Assembly (NCBI GenBank): GCA_001600815.1
Contig: BCKZ01000012.1
Location: 547,546-611,545 of the forward strand
Direction of reading: 5' to 3'
From: Alloascoidea hylecoeti
Lineage: Eukaryota
Length of the DNA stretch: 64,000 bases
Positions 22,856 through 34,580 of this stretch are shown piece after piece. Every line of letters begins with the position of its first letter. Position 1 is the stretch's first letter. The notes beneath the pieces are model-generated. The model was not told the origin of the DNA. It did no database searches and was given only the letters and a program-made list of their open reading frames with translations. The position numbers were made by a program, and so were the translations under genes.

Positions 22856-25582
22856 TTATTCTTCCAATTTCAGTTTTACAAACAAATTAGAACATGCAGT
22901 TGGTTCTCCAATAGAATCTTTTAAGTCTAACCACCTATAACCCTGTTTCAAGTTAACAATTCTTCCACACCACGATCCAATCACTTCACTTTCATCATCA
23001 TCCATAACCACCAATCTCAAGAAAGTAAAATCCAAATCTTCTAAACTGATTTTAAAAGTAAACGTTGAATTCCACACCGGATTGAAACTATTGTTAGAAA
23101 CTGCAATTGTACGTGCGTTTGATTTTTTAAGTGATGTAACCATATATCCTGAAGATGGCGAATTTGCGACGACTTGAGCTACATCTTCTATACCTTGAGG
23201 ACCATGCAAGGAAACAACAACATATGGATCAAGTTCTGTTTTGCGTTTAGAGCTTTTTGGCTTTAGTAATTGTTTTGCTGAAATGATCTTAATAGTAAGC
23301 GTTACGAGATGATTAGCGGCAGTAGTAATAGTAGCTGCTGTTTTTGTCGTAGTTGTTGTAGTAGTATGATTGACATTTGTATTCTTGACAGAAATGGGTG
23401 TAATGGTGCTATTAACTTTGACATCTGTTTGTTTTGTTATTGCAATTTCAACAGCAGCGTCTGTTACAATTTTATTTACACTTGAAATAGGAGCATTGAC
23501 AGCAGCACTCGAACTCAAATGAGAGGTAGCCTCTGTAGAAGTAGTGGCTGGCTCTTTATTTTCAATAACACTAGACTGTAATTTTTGAGGTTTCAAAACA
23601 AACCCACACTTAGCCGATTCAAACATCGATTCGTTAAGCTCTTGTCCTAAATCCCATTTTTGCCAGTTAGTAGCAACAACTTGAGCTCCATATTTCCAAT
23701 AGTCACATGGACTGAAATTTGAAGATCGTAATCTTGTTGCAGATGGATAAACTCTGAGAATATATTTTTTATTATGCTCCTCTAATAGCTTTAGTTTTGC
23801 TTTGTCTAGTAAGATACCATTGAATCTTTTTTCAGAGAATGAAAAGCAATGCGTTGGTTCTAAACAATCTGGATGTTTCAAACTGACGAATTTAGTACCA
23901 ACTATATAAGTACCCAATTCCGCTAGATGTTCACTAATTTTACTAGGTGTGTGCTTTTTATCATTGGGACCTTTTTCCTTTTTCAATTTTTTTGATAGGA
24001 AAGAAGTGATAGCGTTTCCATCTTCAGATGAACTTGAAGTTGAGCTTTCACTTGTTGATTCTTCTTTCTCTTCAAATGGTGCTGGTTTCTTGGTACTTTT
24101 CACTTTTACTAACACTTTGTTTCGTAATTGATCAGGAGATGGCAATACTGGCAATTTACATCCAGGAATCGGAGCTATAATAAGTTTATTACCAAAGATT
24201 TCTTCCATGATTTCTCTTGCTTTATTCTGATTCTCGATAGTACAATGAATCTCCAAGGACAAAATTATTGGTAGGTCACTTGAAACAAAAGCATATTTAT
24301 TGATGGTTTCAATGACTTCTCTTAACGATACTGAAGATGTAAAAGAACGACCATGTGATATAACTGGACCTGCTTTATCATCGTCCCAGATATCAAGCTC
24401 AACACAGCGGCATCCTTGACTCAAGACCTTTTTATAAGTTTCGGTGGTTGATGTGCCAATAACTTGACGGCCTAGAAGGTATGTGTTATGTGATGAGGCA
24501 ATATAATATTCATTTAAAGGATGTGACAAATCCTGGGGAATACCCTTGAAGGGATATGCACGAGATGACAGAAGGTAGTTATTGAATGCATCCAAATCCA
24601 AAAATGCCTCTGAGTCTGAGTCTGAGGTCTTAATATATTCACTTTCTGGTTTATTTGTATCAGATTGTAGATCTTTAGGTTGTACAGCAAATTCATTAAA
24701 AGTAGATTTGATTGTATCATCATCGAAATTTTCCTTCTGCGTATATTTCAGGAAATCTTTAAATTGTTCATATGATAATTTTGGGTCTTTGATGGAATCA
24801 TTACCTATTTTTGGAGTTTCATCATTAGTAACAGATGCAATTGATGTTGGATGAGACCTAACAAGGTTCCAGAATAAGGCATCAACACCAGGCCTGGATT
24901 TAATCATGTGAACCAAAGATTTAAACTCATCAAATATCAGGGATCCATTATGATCAGCATCAGCACTATCAAACAATTGCTTTAGTTGAGTAGGCGAACA
25001 ATTGATGTGAAGCTTCTTTAAGATATTATCAATGTCATCTATCTTCAATGGAGCTTCTTTGTGATCATTGCCACTTCCAATAGAATTTGTTGTGTTAAGG
25101 TTATACCAGTGCACGTAAGCAAAGGCATTGCCAGGAATTAAAGCTAAACCTTTGATAAAAGCAGTCTGATAAATCCTCAACTTTTCTAAGATATCGACAA
25201 ACATTGTATGAAAGGCAATGGTAGTTGTTACGAAATGTACTTGTTTTGATATTTTAGTTTCATCCTCGTTGTAAACTATAGTGATCCAACCAGCTTTATA
25301 TTTCTCCAAACCAAACGATTTATAATACTGCTCAGCATCATCGCCATAAACAATTTCCTTAATTTTTTCAATCGAGATTCTTCCTGTTGGTTTAGGCTTC
25401 CAGGTCAGAACTCCTTGCTCTGGGTCGATTCGAAAGGGGTACTGTTTCTCATTTTTCTCCTTTATTCTAAGGCATGGGACGCCAATTATGAGTTCTTTTG
25501 GGACTTTTGGCTTATTTCGCAATACATCTAAAAGAGAGGGAAGCGATGCAAATGGATCTGAAGGTTCAGGAGAAGTGGACAT
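22856..25582 (-). CDS. PLC1: Phosphoinositide-specific phospholipase C (PH, EF-hand, X, Y, C2)
   Basis: PLNEYYIASSHNTYL, GCRCVELDIWD, PIILSLEIHC, LRVYPSATRLRSSNF, C2 motif NSFNPVWN. First ATG at 25582. Confidence 0.92.
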   Translation of the reverse strand: MSTSPEPSDPFASLPSLLDVLRNKPKVPKELIIGVPCLRIKEKNEKQYPFRIDPEQGVLTWKPKPTGRISIEKIKEIVYGDDAEQYYKSFGLEKYKAGWITIVYNEDETKISKQVHFVTTTIAFHTMFVDILEKLRIYQTAFIKGLALIPGNAFAYVHWYNLNTTNSIGSGNDHKEAPLKIDDIDNILKKLHINCSPTQLKQLFDSADADHNGSLIFDEFKSLVHMIKSRPGVDALFWNLVRSHPTSIASVTNDETPKIGNDSIKDPKLSYEQFKDFLKYTQKENFDDDTIKSTFNEFAVQPKDLQSDTNKPESEYIKTSDSDSEAFLDLDAFNNYLLSSRAYPFKGIPQDLSHPLNEYYIASSHNTYLLGRQVIGTSTTETYKKVLSQGCRCVELDIWDDDKAGPVISHGRSFTSSVSLREVIETINKYAFVSSDLPIILSLEIHCTIENQNKAREIMEEIFGNKLIIAPIPGCKLPVLPSPDQLRNKVLVKVKSTKKPAPFEEKEESTSESSTSSSSEDGNAITSFLSKKLKKEKGPNDKKHTPSKISEHLAELGTYIVGTKFVSLKHPDCLEPTHCFSFSEKRFNGILLDKAKLKLLEEHNKKYILRVYPSATRLRSSNFSPCDYWKYGAQVVATNWQKWDLGQELNESMFESAKCGFVLKPQKLQSSVIENKEPATTSTEATSHLSSSAAVNAPISSVNKIVTDAAVEIAITKQTDVKVNSTITPISVKNTNVNHTTTTTTTKTAATITTAANHLVTLTIKIISAKQLLKPKSSKRKTELDPYVVVSLHGPQGIEDVAQVVANSPSSGYMVTSLKKSNARTIAVSNNSFNPVWNSTFTFKISLEDLDFTFLRLVVMDDDESEVIGSWCGRIVNLKQGYRWLDLKDSIGEPTACSNLFVKLKLEE

Positions 25583-25811
25583 ACTTATGACAGCCACGGA
25601 ATTCAATTAAATATGAAACTAAAGCAAATGCAAAGACAGAGAGATGAGAGAGGAAAGATATACGTTATATAAATATTATAATTATATCATGTGATGCATA
25701 TGATGAGTAAAGACTAAATATGAATTTGTTTATAATTAGGCGGAGAAATTCATTAATTATTATGATTTCACAATTATTAAACACGTTTTAAAGGTATTTC
25801 TACAATATCTT

Positions 25812-27614
25812 TCAGTTGCAAGACGAAATATTTTCATTCGACCACTCCTGGACACATCTTCCAGAACAAAACTCCCTTTTAACAGGAAGTCTTTTCTGTC
25901 CCCCAAGGTTCCACCACTCAATCACTTGGGCAATAGGCCTCACACATAGTTCATTGCAAATACTGCATTTTTCTTCATTTATTACCCTTTCTTTAGCTAG
26001 ATTTATCTGTTCTCCATAAATTTTCCCTATCCTCTCTGTCCACCGATTAGCTTCTGTAATGGTGGGATTGTATTTTCCGATTTCACGGAGAACAAGCTCA
26101 GCTAGAGTAGACACAGTAGAACCTATAACTGGTGAAATAAACTCAAGATCATCAGCATAAAGAAATTTTGGCTTTTCATCATGAACATCTATTATTCCAT
26201 CTTCCTTTATCATAGTTCCTTTTGTTTTGTTCTCTGGTTTTTCCTCTAACAACGGATTGGGCCGTATTGACAAAACCTCTAAGCGTTCTAACTTTAAAAT
26301 ACCGAATGGTAAAGTCGTAATATGATTTCCACTAATAGATAATTCTCTTAAGTTTACCAAGTTGCAAATAGAACTTGGAATATAAGTTAACTTATTACCT
26401 CTTAGGGATAAAACTGTAAGCGATTGAATTGCAAATAGTGATGGATGAAGTTGTGAAAGCCTATTATGGGCTAAATATATTTGAATGTTTGTAGGTTTAA
26501 GAGTGCTGTCTTTTAATGTAGTAGGAATGACAATCATGTTTGATAGGTCGCCAATTTCTGGTGGTAGCTTCACCAGACCAAGACTTTCTAAATTTATATC
26601 TGTATTACTCTCTTCAACACATTCAGCAATCACCATTAGAGCATTTTGAGTGGCGAGTTTAGCCCTGTCATTTTCTAGATCTTCATTAACTTTTTCTTTG
26701 TTGATGTGGACAATTTCAGGTTGTGTGAGGTCAAATAAATCGTTATTTGTACTTATTGGATCAAACATCTCATCTGGACAAGGCGGTGAACTTGCTAAAG
26801 GATAAAACACGAGCTCATCTGCTTCACTCGTGAATTGCGTTGCGAAGATTAGATGATCATGATCTTTAGGAGAAGGACCAAAAACTGGAGATGATGACAA
26901 AGAAGTAGGTAATTTCCAATGTTTTTGCTTTTTATTTTTCCATAAACTATTATCTGATTGTCTAGGTAGATTATCCTGAGTTATATTTTCAGTGTGTGTA
27001 TCGAGTATTAAAGGTCCATAATCTTTGTATTGCGAGTGCACTCTTTTATTAGATCCGCCAGTGTGGAAAGAGCCTGAAATTGATTCATTATTATTAGCAT
27101 CTGGAAATAGCCTCTTTACCATATCCGAGTTGACCGTTTGAGTACCTTGAGTACCCCATAGTCGCTTTAAATTTCTACCCAGTAAGTTGTTAATGGGTTC
27201 ATTATGATTGGCCTGAATATCTATGTCCATTTTGTCATCAGATTCAAGATTTATATCACCTATCATATTATTGTTTGTAAAATCCGCCGATTGCCCCACA
27301 TTGTAGCTCAGAGATCTCATCATTAGGTTATTTTCCCTCCTCTCCGTCGTTGGATTTGAATCATGATACCAATCTTCATTTCCATTCATCATCCTCTGGT
27401 TCCCAACTTGTAAACTCGTTGTCCGTTGCATCATGGATGAGGTTTTAATCTGCGGTAATGAATCCGTTCCCGGTCCACCAGGATTCCCTGACACTGGAAT
27501 TGAAGACCATGACGATAAAGATGATTGAGGCGACATAGAATTCTGTGAGCTAGAAAAGCCCATCGGACGAGATACATTATATGCGAACGGCAATAGAGGT
27601 GTTTCTTTGTCCAT
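25812..27614 (-). CDS. Leucine-rich-repeat protein with disordered N-terminus, BC-box-like motif and Cys-rich C-terminus
   Basis: LRRs IYLAHNRL, LSLRGNKL, LSISGNHI, LSIRPNPL; STLAELVLREI; CSIC...FCSGRC. Confidence 0.8.
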   Translation of the reverse strand: MDKETPLLPFAYNVSRPMGFSSSQNSMSPQSSLSSWSSIPVSGNPGGPGTDSLPQIKTSSMMQRTTSLQVGNQRMMNGNEDWYHDSNPTTERRENNLMMRSLSYNVGQSADFTNNNMIGDINLESDDKMDIDIQANHNEPINNLLGRNLKRLWGTQGTQTVNSDMVKRLFPDANNNESISGSFHTGGSNKRVHSQYKDYGPLILDTHTENITQDNLPRQSDNSLWKNKKQKHWKLPTSLSSSPVFGPSPKDHDHLIFATQFTSEADELVFYPLASSPPCPDEMFDPISTNNDLFDLTQPEIVHINKEKVNEDLENDRAKLATQNALMVIAECVEESNTDINLESLGLVKLPPEIGDLSNMIVIPTTLKDSTLKPTNIQIYLAHNRLSQLHPSLFAIQSLTVLSLRGNKLTYIPSSICNLVNLRELSISGNHITTLPFGILKLERLEVLSIRPNPLLEEKPENKTKGTMIKEDGIIDVHDEKPKFLYADDLEFISPVIGSTVSTLAELVLREIGKYNPTITEANRWTERIGKIYGEQINLAKERVINEEKCSICNELCVRPIAQVIEWWNLGGQKRLPVKREFCSGRCVQEWSNENISSCN

Positions 27615-28331
27615 TGCAAAGAATTTAAAAGCCTTATACTGTAAATATCGGAGGATGACTTAAACGCGCCACTTTTTTAATTAAAGATTAAGGAATATGA
27701 AGATTAGTGTCGCGTTAGTGGTCAGCGATGATTGCGAAATCGGAATATGGTCCGTGGGGCGTAATGACTCGATCGTTTACTTTAATTTATTGTTTTTGGT
27801 CTTTCCTTGAGATAAATTTAATTAAGAGATATATCGTTATCATACGCAACGGTTATTATAATAATTATTATATGAATGGATGATTCGGGGCTTTCACGAA
27901 GATATTACCGTTCTTTGTTAATGATTAGCTAATTTAAAATCTCTCGGTTTTCAGACGGATGCCATTTTTTTGGTTTATTCCTCCTTTACTTTCTTGAGCC
28001 TTGGAAAAGAGAGGTTTTCCGATGTTTCTCAGGGATTATATCTTTATACTACAAAGGTTGGGTCTAAAGGATAGAAGCTTGCAGGAACCCCAGCCAACCT
28101 TGAAACCGCCGGAAGTGTTGGGAAGGTATAACAATAGCACAGTGCTGACTGAACCAACAAAAAGGTTAAAGTCTAAACATGGGTTATTAAACTTTCCATC
28201 CATAGTAAACTAAATGTTGATCCGGGTCCTCATACGATTTATATATATATGTATATATTCTGGCCCAAACTCCTGGCCTCCGTTTGAAAAAATTTACTCC
28301 CTCAAGCTACTTCTTGTATATTCGTACAAAG

Positions 28332-29894
28332 ATGTCGTCTATTCTAAAGTCTCGTGTTAGATACGCACCTTATCTAGACAAACTCCGAACAGCCCAAGAA
28401 TGCGTTCCTTTTTTCAAAAACGGTCAATACATCGGCTGGTCTGGCTTCACCGGCGTTGGTTCTCCAAAACTCGTTCCTGATGCAATTGCACAACACGTCG
28501 AAGATAACAAATTACAAGGAAAACTAGCCTTCAATTTATTTGTCGGCGCTTCTGCTGGACCAGAAGAATCAAGATGGGCTGAAAATGGAATGCTATTAAG
28601 AAGAGCTCCCCATCAGGTTGGTCGTCCAATTGCTAATGCAATCAACACTGGGGCAACTCAATTCTTTGACAAACATTTGTCAATGTTTGCTCAAGATTTA
28701 ACATATGGTTTCTACACCAAGGATAAATCAAACGACTTATTAGATATCGTGGTAATTGAAGCTACAGCTATCACCGAAGATGGTGGTGTTATTCTTGGTC
28801 CATCAGTTGGAGCGACACCAGAGTTCCTTTCTGTTGCCGATAAAATTATTATAGAATTAAACACTGTAACTCCATCTTTTGAAGGATTGCATGATATCAA
28901 TATGCCCCAGAATCCTCCATTCAGACAACCATATCTAATTACAAGACCTGACCAACGTATTGGTACCCCACATCTTCCAATCGATCCATCTAAGGTTGTC
29001 GCTATTGTGGAAAGCACACAAAAAGATACCGTCCCTGATAATACCCCTTCTGATGATGTATCAAGATCAATCGGTGGTCATTTGGTTGAATTCTTTGAAA
29101 ATGAAGTCAAACATGGAAGACTTCCAGAAAACCTTTTACCATTACAATCAGGAATCGGAAATATTGCTAATGCTGTTATCGAAAGTCTTGCTGACTCAAA
29201 ATTCGAGCATTTAACTGTCTGGACTGAAGTTCTCCAAGATTCTTTCTTGGACTTTTTCGTTAATGGAAAGATGGATTTTGCAACTTCAACGTCAATCCGT
29301 TTAACTGAACCAGGTTTCCAAAAGTTTTTTGATAATTGGGATCTATTTAGTAGTAAAGTCTTACTCCGTTCACAAGTCGTATCAAATTCCCCTGAAATTA
29401 TTCGAAGATTAGGTGTCATTGCTATGAATACACCAGTTGAATTTGATATCTATGGTCATGCTAACTCTACCAATGTTATGGGATCCAAAATGTTACATGG
29501 TCTTGGTGGTTCAGCAGATTTCCTTCGAAATGCCAAACTGTCAATCATGCATGCTCCATCTTGCAGAAAGACTAAAACCGATCCATATGGTCTCTCAAGT
29601 GTTGTTCCATTCTCTTCTCATGTTGATCAAACAGAACATGACTTGGATATCTTGGTTACCGAACAAGGTCTTGCAGATTTAAGAGGATTATCTCCAAGGG
29701 AAAGAGCTAGAGTTATAATTGATAAATGTGCACATCCAGTTTATCAACCAATATTGAAAGAATATCTCGATAGAGCCGAGTTTTACTGTCAAAAGAAGAA
29801 GAGCTTACATGAACCTCATATTCTAAAAGATGCCTTTAAATTCTATACAAACTTGGAAGAAAAAGGAACTATGAGAATAGAATCGTGGGATTAA
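28332..29894 (+). CDS. ACH1: Acetyl-CoA hydrolase / acetate:succinate CoA-transferase
   Basis: [56 protein letters not shown] at 28332 ([11 protein letters not shown]). Confidence 0.96.
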   Translation: MSSILKSRVRYAPYLDKLRTAQECVPFFKNGQYIGWSGFTGVGSPKLVPDAIAQHVEDNKLQGKLAFNLFVGASAGPEESRWAENGMLLRRAPHQVGRPIANAINTGATQFFDKHLSMFAQDLTYGFYTKDKSNDLLDIVVIEATAITEDGGVILGPSVGATPEFLSVADKIIIELNTVTPSFEGLHDINMPQNPPFRQPYLITRPDQRIGTPHLPIDPSKVVAIVESTQKDTVPDNTPSDDVSRSIGGHLVEFFENEVKHGRLPENLLPLQSGIGNIANAVIESLADSKFEHLTVWTEVLQDSFLDFFVNGKMDFATSTSIRLTEPGFQKFFDNWDLFSSKVLLRSQVVSNSPEIIRRLGVIAMNTPVEFDIYGHANSTNVMGSKMLHGLGGSADFLRNAKLSIMHAPSCRKTKTDPYGLSSVVPFSSHVDQTEHDLDILVTEQGLADLRGLSPRERARVIIDKCAHPVYQPILKEYLDRAEFYCQKKKSLHEPHILKDAFKFYTNLEEKGTMRIESWD

Positions 29895-29993
29895 TTTAAA
29901 TTTTTATAGAGATATATAGCTAGGTAACGTTAAACATTATACATTAACAGCCAATTATAAAAAAATTAAATGTCTATGAAATAAAATATCGAT

Positions 29994-32519
29994 TTAAAAT
30001 CCAATCAAGCATAATAATCCATAACCAACTGTAATCACAACAGCATATGCTAAAAGACTTCCAACTACACCTCTTGTAATAAAGTCTTTGACAGTGAGGT
30101 ATTTCCTTCCAACTTCGTCAACCATACATATTGCTGTAAGATTGGGAAATCCACTTGTTGGTAGACCCATAGCAACACTACACAGTAAAGCAGAAGCCAT
30201 AACCAATAGATTAGAATGAACGACTCCATCTGCGGAAGGTAGGTTGTCTCCAATCTCTTTAACCAACGGTAAGATAATTAAAGCTGCCACGGTATGTGAA
30301 ACAAAAGTAGCCGTTGTTATAATAAGTAAACCAAACACAGACATTACACCAAATAATGATAAATGTTCAACTTTACCCTTAATAAATAGAGCAATAACAG
30401 ATAATAAACCAGAGTTACTAACAGCTTTACCAAGAGCAATACCTCCCATTGCTAATACAATGATTGTCCATAGAAAATTATTAAAATCTTCAGATGTCAA
30501 AAGTCCAGTTCCAAAGAAACAAATGATGGGAATTAAAGCAATGACACCCATTTCACCAAAAAGGCCTTCCATTTGATGAGAAACACACCATAGAATAATA
30601 GTAAATAGTGTAACAGTACAAACATAAAATTGAACAAATGTAAATTTTTCATCAATAGTTCTAATTGAAACAAGAATAGTATTTCTCTTATTTATTTTAA
30701 ATGAGAATAACAATATAAACCAGATCAAAATTATAGATATAATAGAAACTGGAATTGCAACGAAAAACCATTGACCCCAAGATGGAGACGGACTCATATT
30801 TTCAATTGCAATAATATTTTGAGGAGATGCGATCGGTGATGTCATCCCACCGACATCACTAGCTAGTGCAATACCAAGAACAAGAGCTTTAGCGAAAGGG
30901 GAACCTTTTGGTAATGTTCTTAATAAAGGTTGTACAATCGAATAACATAAAACAGGTGCAGCCACATTTGAAACAAGCATACTGACAACCGCCGCGACAA
31001 AACAAATCGTGATGAGTACAACTTTTGGATCTGTACCGGCTTTGGATAAAATCCATGTTGAAACTTTCTTCGCGATTTGATACTTAGATAAAGCAGCAGC
31101 TAATGTAAAACCACCTAATAATAATGTAATAACAGAGTTCCACATTGTTGAAAAGATATATTTTGAGGCATCAGGGGCTTCCATCCTAGTACCATCCTCA
31201 TTTTTCAAAACCTTTAACAAAACAATAAGAAATGGGATCAATAGAGAAGTAACAAATAGTGGAATAGTTTCTGTTGCCCATAAACATGATGCAAGGACTA
31301 AAATGGCTAAACAATTCTGTTGTATAACATCATCTAGTAATAGGGGTGAAATGAATAACCAAACGATAGCAACAAGAAGCAAAATAACAATTAAATATCT
31401 TAACGTTGGGCCTACCAACCAACTTGGAATGGGTATTCTATATATGCCAATCTTTATCCAAGCGATTGGGGCTACATCTTGAGTAATGTCAGACTCCTCA
31501 CCTTGTAATATGGCATCAGATCCATCTACCCCTTTCATAGCAGCGGCGTGGGCTTTTCTTTCTAACCCGATCATATCTCTCCAAACTGTGTTTCTATCCC
31601 AAACTACATGTTCACGAAGATGCAAACGTAATTCTTGTTTCGCAGCATCATCGTCACCATTAGTTGCAATTTTACCATAAGCGTTAATAATTTGAGCGAC
31701 TTTAGTTTCTAGGTTACGTTTCGTATCACTAGAAAATATATAGGTTGAAGTAGGAAGTGCTGTTAAATATTTTTCCCGAAGTTTTGTATTTAGTGTTTTA
31801 TCAAATTTTTTAGTGATTTTTGAAAACCCAGTACTATTTAATTGTATAAAACTTTTTAATTCCGATAGGCTAACAAAACAGTTTATTGATCTCTTTTTCA
31901 GAGTGATGCGAAGATCGGATAAAGCATTAAACGGTTCTTTGAAAATGATGGAGTCTTCATCTTCATCATCTTCGTCCCATGGTGATGCTGAGCGATTTCT
32001 TAGTTGGTCTCCACTTGCAACTTCGCGCAGGTCCGGACGACTTAGTCTGCCCAAAGTATCTTCAGTGTGGTGACCTTCGGTGTTGGGAGTAAGGGGATCA
32101 ATATTTTCGGGATCCGCAGGCGGAAGAACAAATAGTCCCGAGGTCTTTGAACTACTTTTTCGTGGAGCTAACAAAGAAGACCTTCTTCTTTCATGGACCC
32201 GGGATGAATTGTGCTCGAATTCAACAACATCATCCAACAGGATATCCAAATCCTTAAATATTTCATCTTCTCTACTCTGATAAAACTCATCGATTTTAAT
32301 CCTTTCTGCGTCCAAGGCTTTTAAGAAGACAGCCTGAGGATCTCCGCTATCAGTAGATGAAATCAAACTTCGTTCCTCATCGGTATGACGTGATGCAGCA
32401 GACCTTTGTAACTGCTCTCTCTGAAGATTATAAATGAGCTTCTTGAGGTTCGAATAGGCCAAGTACTTGACGGACCACTCTGGGACCGCGTTGAACTGGA
32501 GTGAGTGAGAAAACTTCAT
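29994..32519 (-). CDS. PHO91: SPX-domain low-affinity phosphate transporter, Pho91 type
   Basis: MKFSHSLQFNAVPEWSVKYLAYSNLKK (SPX), LREHVVWDRNTVWRDM, LWATETIPLFVTS, SPIASPQN, GLPTSGFPN. Confidence 0.9.
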   Translation of the reverse strand: MKFSHSLQFNAVPEWSVKYLAYSNLKKLIYNLQREQLQRSAASRHTDEERSLISSTDSGDPQAVFLKALDAERIKIDEFYQSREDEIFKDLDILLDDVVEFEHNSSRVHERRRSSLLAPRKSSSKTSGLFVLPPADPENIDPLTPNTEGHHTEDTLGRLSRPDLREVASGDQLRNRSASPWDEDDEDEDSIIFKEPFNALSDLRITLKKRSINCFVSLSELKSFIQLNSTGFSKITKKFDKTLNTKLREKYLTALPTSTYIFSSDTKRNLETKVAQIINAYGKIATNGDDDAAKQELRLHLREHVVWDRNTVWRDMIGLERKAHAAAMKGVDGSDAILQGEESDITQDVAPIAWIKIGIYRIPIPSWLVGPTLRYLIVILLLVAIVWLFISPLLLDDVIQQNCLAILVLASCLWATETIPLFVTSLLIPFLIVLLKVLKNEDGTRMEAPDASKYIFSTMWNSVITLLLGGFTLAAALSKYQIAKKVSTWILSKAGTDPKVVLITICFVAAVVSMLVSNVAAPVLCYSIVQPLLRTLPKGSPFAKALVLGIALASDVGGMTSPIASPQNIIAIENMSPSPSWGQWFFVAIPVSIISIILIWFILLFSFKINKRNTILVSIRTIDEKFTFVQFYVCTVTLFTIILWCVSHQMEGLFGEMGVIALIPIICFFGTGLLTSEDFNNFLWTIIVLAMGGIALGKAVSNSGLLSVIALFIKGKVEHLSLFGVMSVFGLLIITTATFVSHTVAALIILPLVKEIGDNLPSADGVVHSNLLVMASALLCSVAMGLPTSGFPNLTAICMVDEVGRKYLTVKDFITRGVVGSLLAYAVVITVGYGLLCLIGF

Positions 32520-32603
32520 ATTGCCCTGGGAGTTCCAAAACAGCAGTTAGTTTTTATCTTAAATTTAAATGCTTATAATTATACCTGTGCTGGAGCCCTG
32601 CAG

Positions 32604-32609
32604 CACGTG
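32604..32609. promoter_or_regulatory. CACGTG (Pho4/bHLH-type site) in the 130-bp divergent PHO91/SLX1 promoter
   Basis: gcacgtgc 85 bp upstream of the PHO91 ATG. Confidence 0.55.
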
Positions 32610-32649
32610 CCACTTCTTTCGCCCACCACAATCGTCAACCACACTATAG

Positions 32650-34175
32650 ATGGAGGACCTGGTACCAATTCACGACTATCCCTCCTTCTACTGCTGCTAT
32701 TTGCTACAGTCCACACGGAAGCCCGGGGCCTTCTACATTGGCTCTTCTCCGAACCCGGTCAGAGTGTGTATCTTCCGTTCAACAGAGACTTTTCATAGCT
32801 AACTCAAAAGAAATCATCTAGAGATTACGACAACATAATGGCGAAATAAAGGGCGGCGCGTGGAAAACCAAAAGAAAGGGTTACCAGCCGTGGAATATGA
32901 TCTGTCTGGTTTATGGCTTTCCGAGTAACATTTCCGCTTTACAAGTATGTCTCTACTTGATTTTTGTGTCGTCTCTGCAGCTAACCTTAAAGCTCGTTAA
33001 ATCTACAATAGTTTGAGTAGGTATTAATATTATATTATGATATTATAAATATTCAGCCATATGAAACTAACCCTTCAAGACATGCCTGGCAGCATCCATA
33101 CCAAACCCGGCTGATTCCTCAACCACAGAGAATATGCTCTGGAAAATCAAGACTGTCACTTGACAAGCACCTGGGAAATTTAAGACTTTTATTGAACAGC
33201 TCTCTTTTTCAAAGATACCCATTAGCAGTTAAGATTCCTAATCTCAAAAATCAATTACACAACTCACAAGAAGCTGACAATTATCATGAGGAATCTACTA
33301 TAAACTTAGAAAATTCTAAAACTTATCAACGTTGGTGCGCAAACAAGTTCAAAATTGTTATACCTCCACATATAACTGTTGATTTGGATCCGATATCTGG
33401 TTTCAACTCTAAACTTGACTTCAAGAAAAAATACTTTGACAAAACAATTTCCTTGATAACTTCAAATAAAGATAGTGAGAGCATCGAAACCTTAAGCGTA
33501 AATGGGGTAGAAAGTCAAGATATTACAAAGTCAACTTCAAATCATGATAATGAGCAAGTACAAGATAGTCAACCGAACCTGAATGAGTCAAAAAAAAAAG
33601 GAAAAAAGAAACTACTAAAACCTTCAACCGAAAACATAATTCCTGTTAAGTGTTCGCTTACTCATACAAATATAAATCTGAATCCACCGACAGAGAAATC
33701 ATACGATAATGCAATACAAAATGAGCCTTTGTCTGATACAGATAATAGCAATGATGATAAAGATCATGAGAAATCACCGTATTTCCCCTCCTCTCAAAAG
33801 TATCGTAAAAGAATACTTACCTCTACTGAACCGATTGCAGTATGCTACCATGATAATTGTGCTTTCATTTGCAGATTAACAAATTTAGGAAAACGATTTC
33901 TAGATGAAGTTGCAGCCGAACCCAAAATGAACGAACCTAATCAAGAGTTATCTAAACAAAAATCTTCAAAAAAGAAGAAAGCATCAGGCCGGTCTACTCA
34001 AGAAAAATACATTACTCCCATTGACGCTACTAGCACATCTTCAATTCATCTTGAACCTCTGAAGCATATTATTCCAATTAAAGGAGTGTGTCCATCTTGT
34101 AAAAATGTTTTAATGTGGAATATCATTGTGGAGAATGCTTGTTCTGTTCAAAAGTGGATTAATGATATTCATTAA
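32650..34175 (+). CDS. SLX1: Structure-specific endonuclease Slx1 (GIY-YIG + C-terminal RING-like); exons 32650-32763, 32822-32944, 33012-33016, 33080-34175
   Basis: Spliced product FYCCYLLQS...[27 protein letters not shown]...PW...[19 protein letters not shown]-terminal C..C...[12 protein letters not shown]...W. Confidence 0.92.
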
Positions 34176-34580
34176 CATCAATATATTCATAATAAATATA
34201 TTATAACCATTCAATTTAATTTCAGAGATTCTATAGCTATAGTACGTCCGAAAGATGAAAATTAATAAAAATAAGTTAATTATCATCAAATAGTTGATTC
34301 ATTTCAGAAAAAGTGTGAGATCACACATACATCTTTACTTCTACGGATATCACATTATTCGTGGGCTGCTGCCTTTGGGTTTGTTAGAGCTTTTACCTTC
34401 ATTATTATATTGGGTTTGTAGACTAGATTAATCAAGAAATAGAATAAATATTAATTTTTACCAAACATTCCCAATTGCCAATTTATAAATTAGGGAAATA
34501 TAATATAAAATGTATTTACTGCTTTATAAACCTAGATCAATAGAAGTATATTGGATAATGATTATATTTCGTATGCCCCA

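Noticed and set aside
32505..32798. 97-aa ORF with a poly-Leu stretch
   Set aside because: Wrong frame of SLX1 exon 1 and the PHO91/SLX1 promoter.
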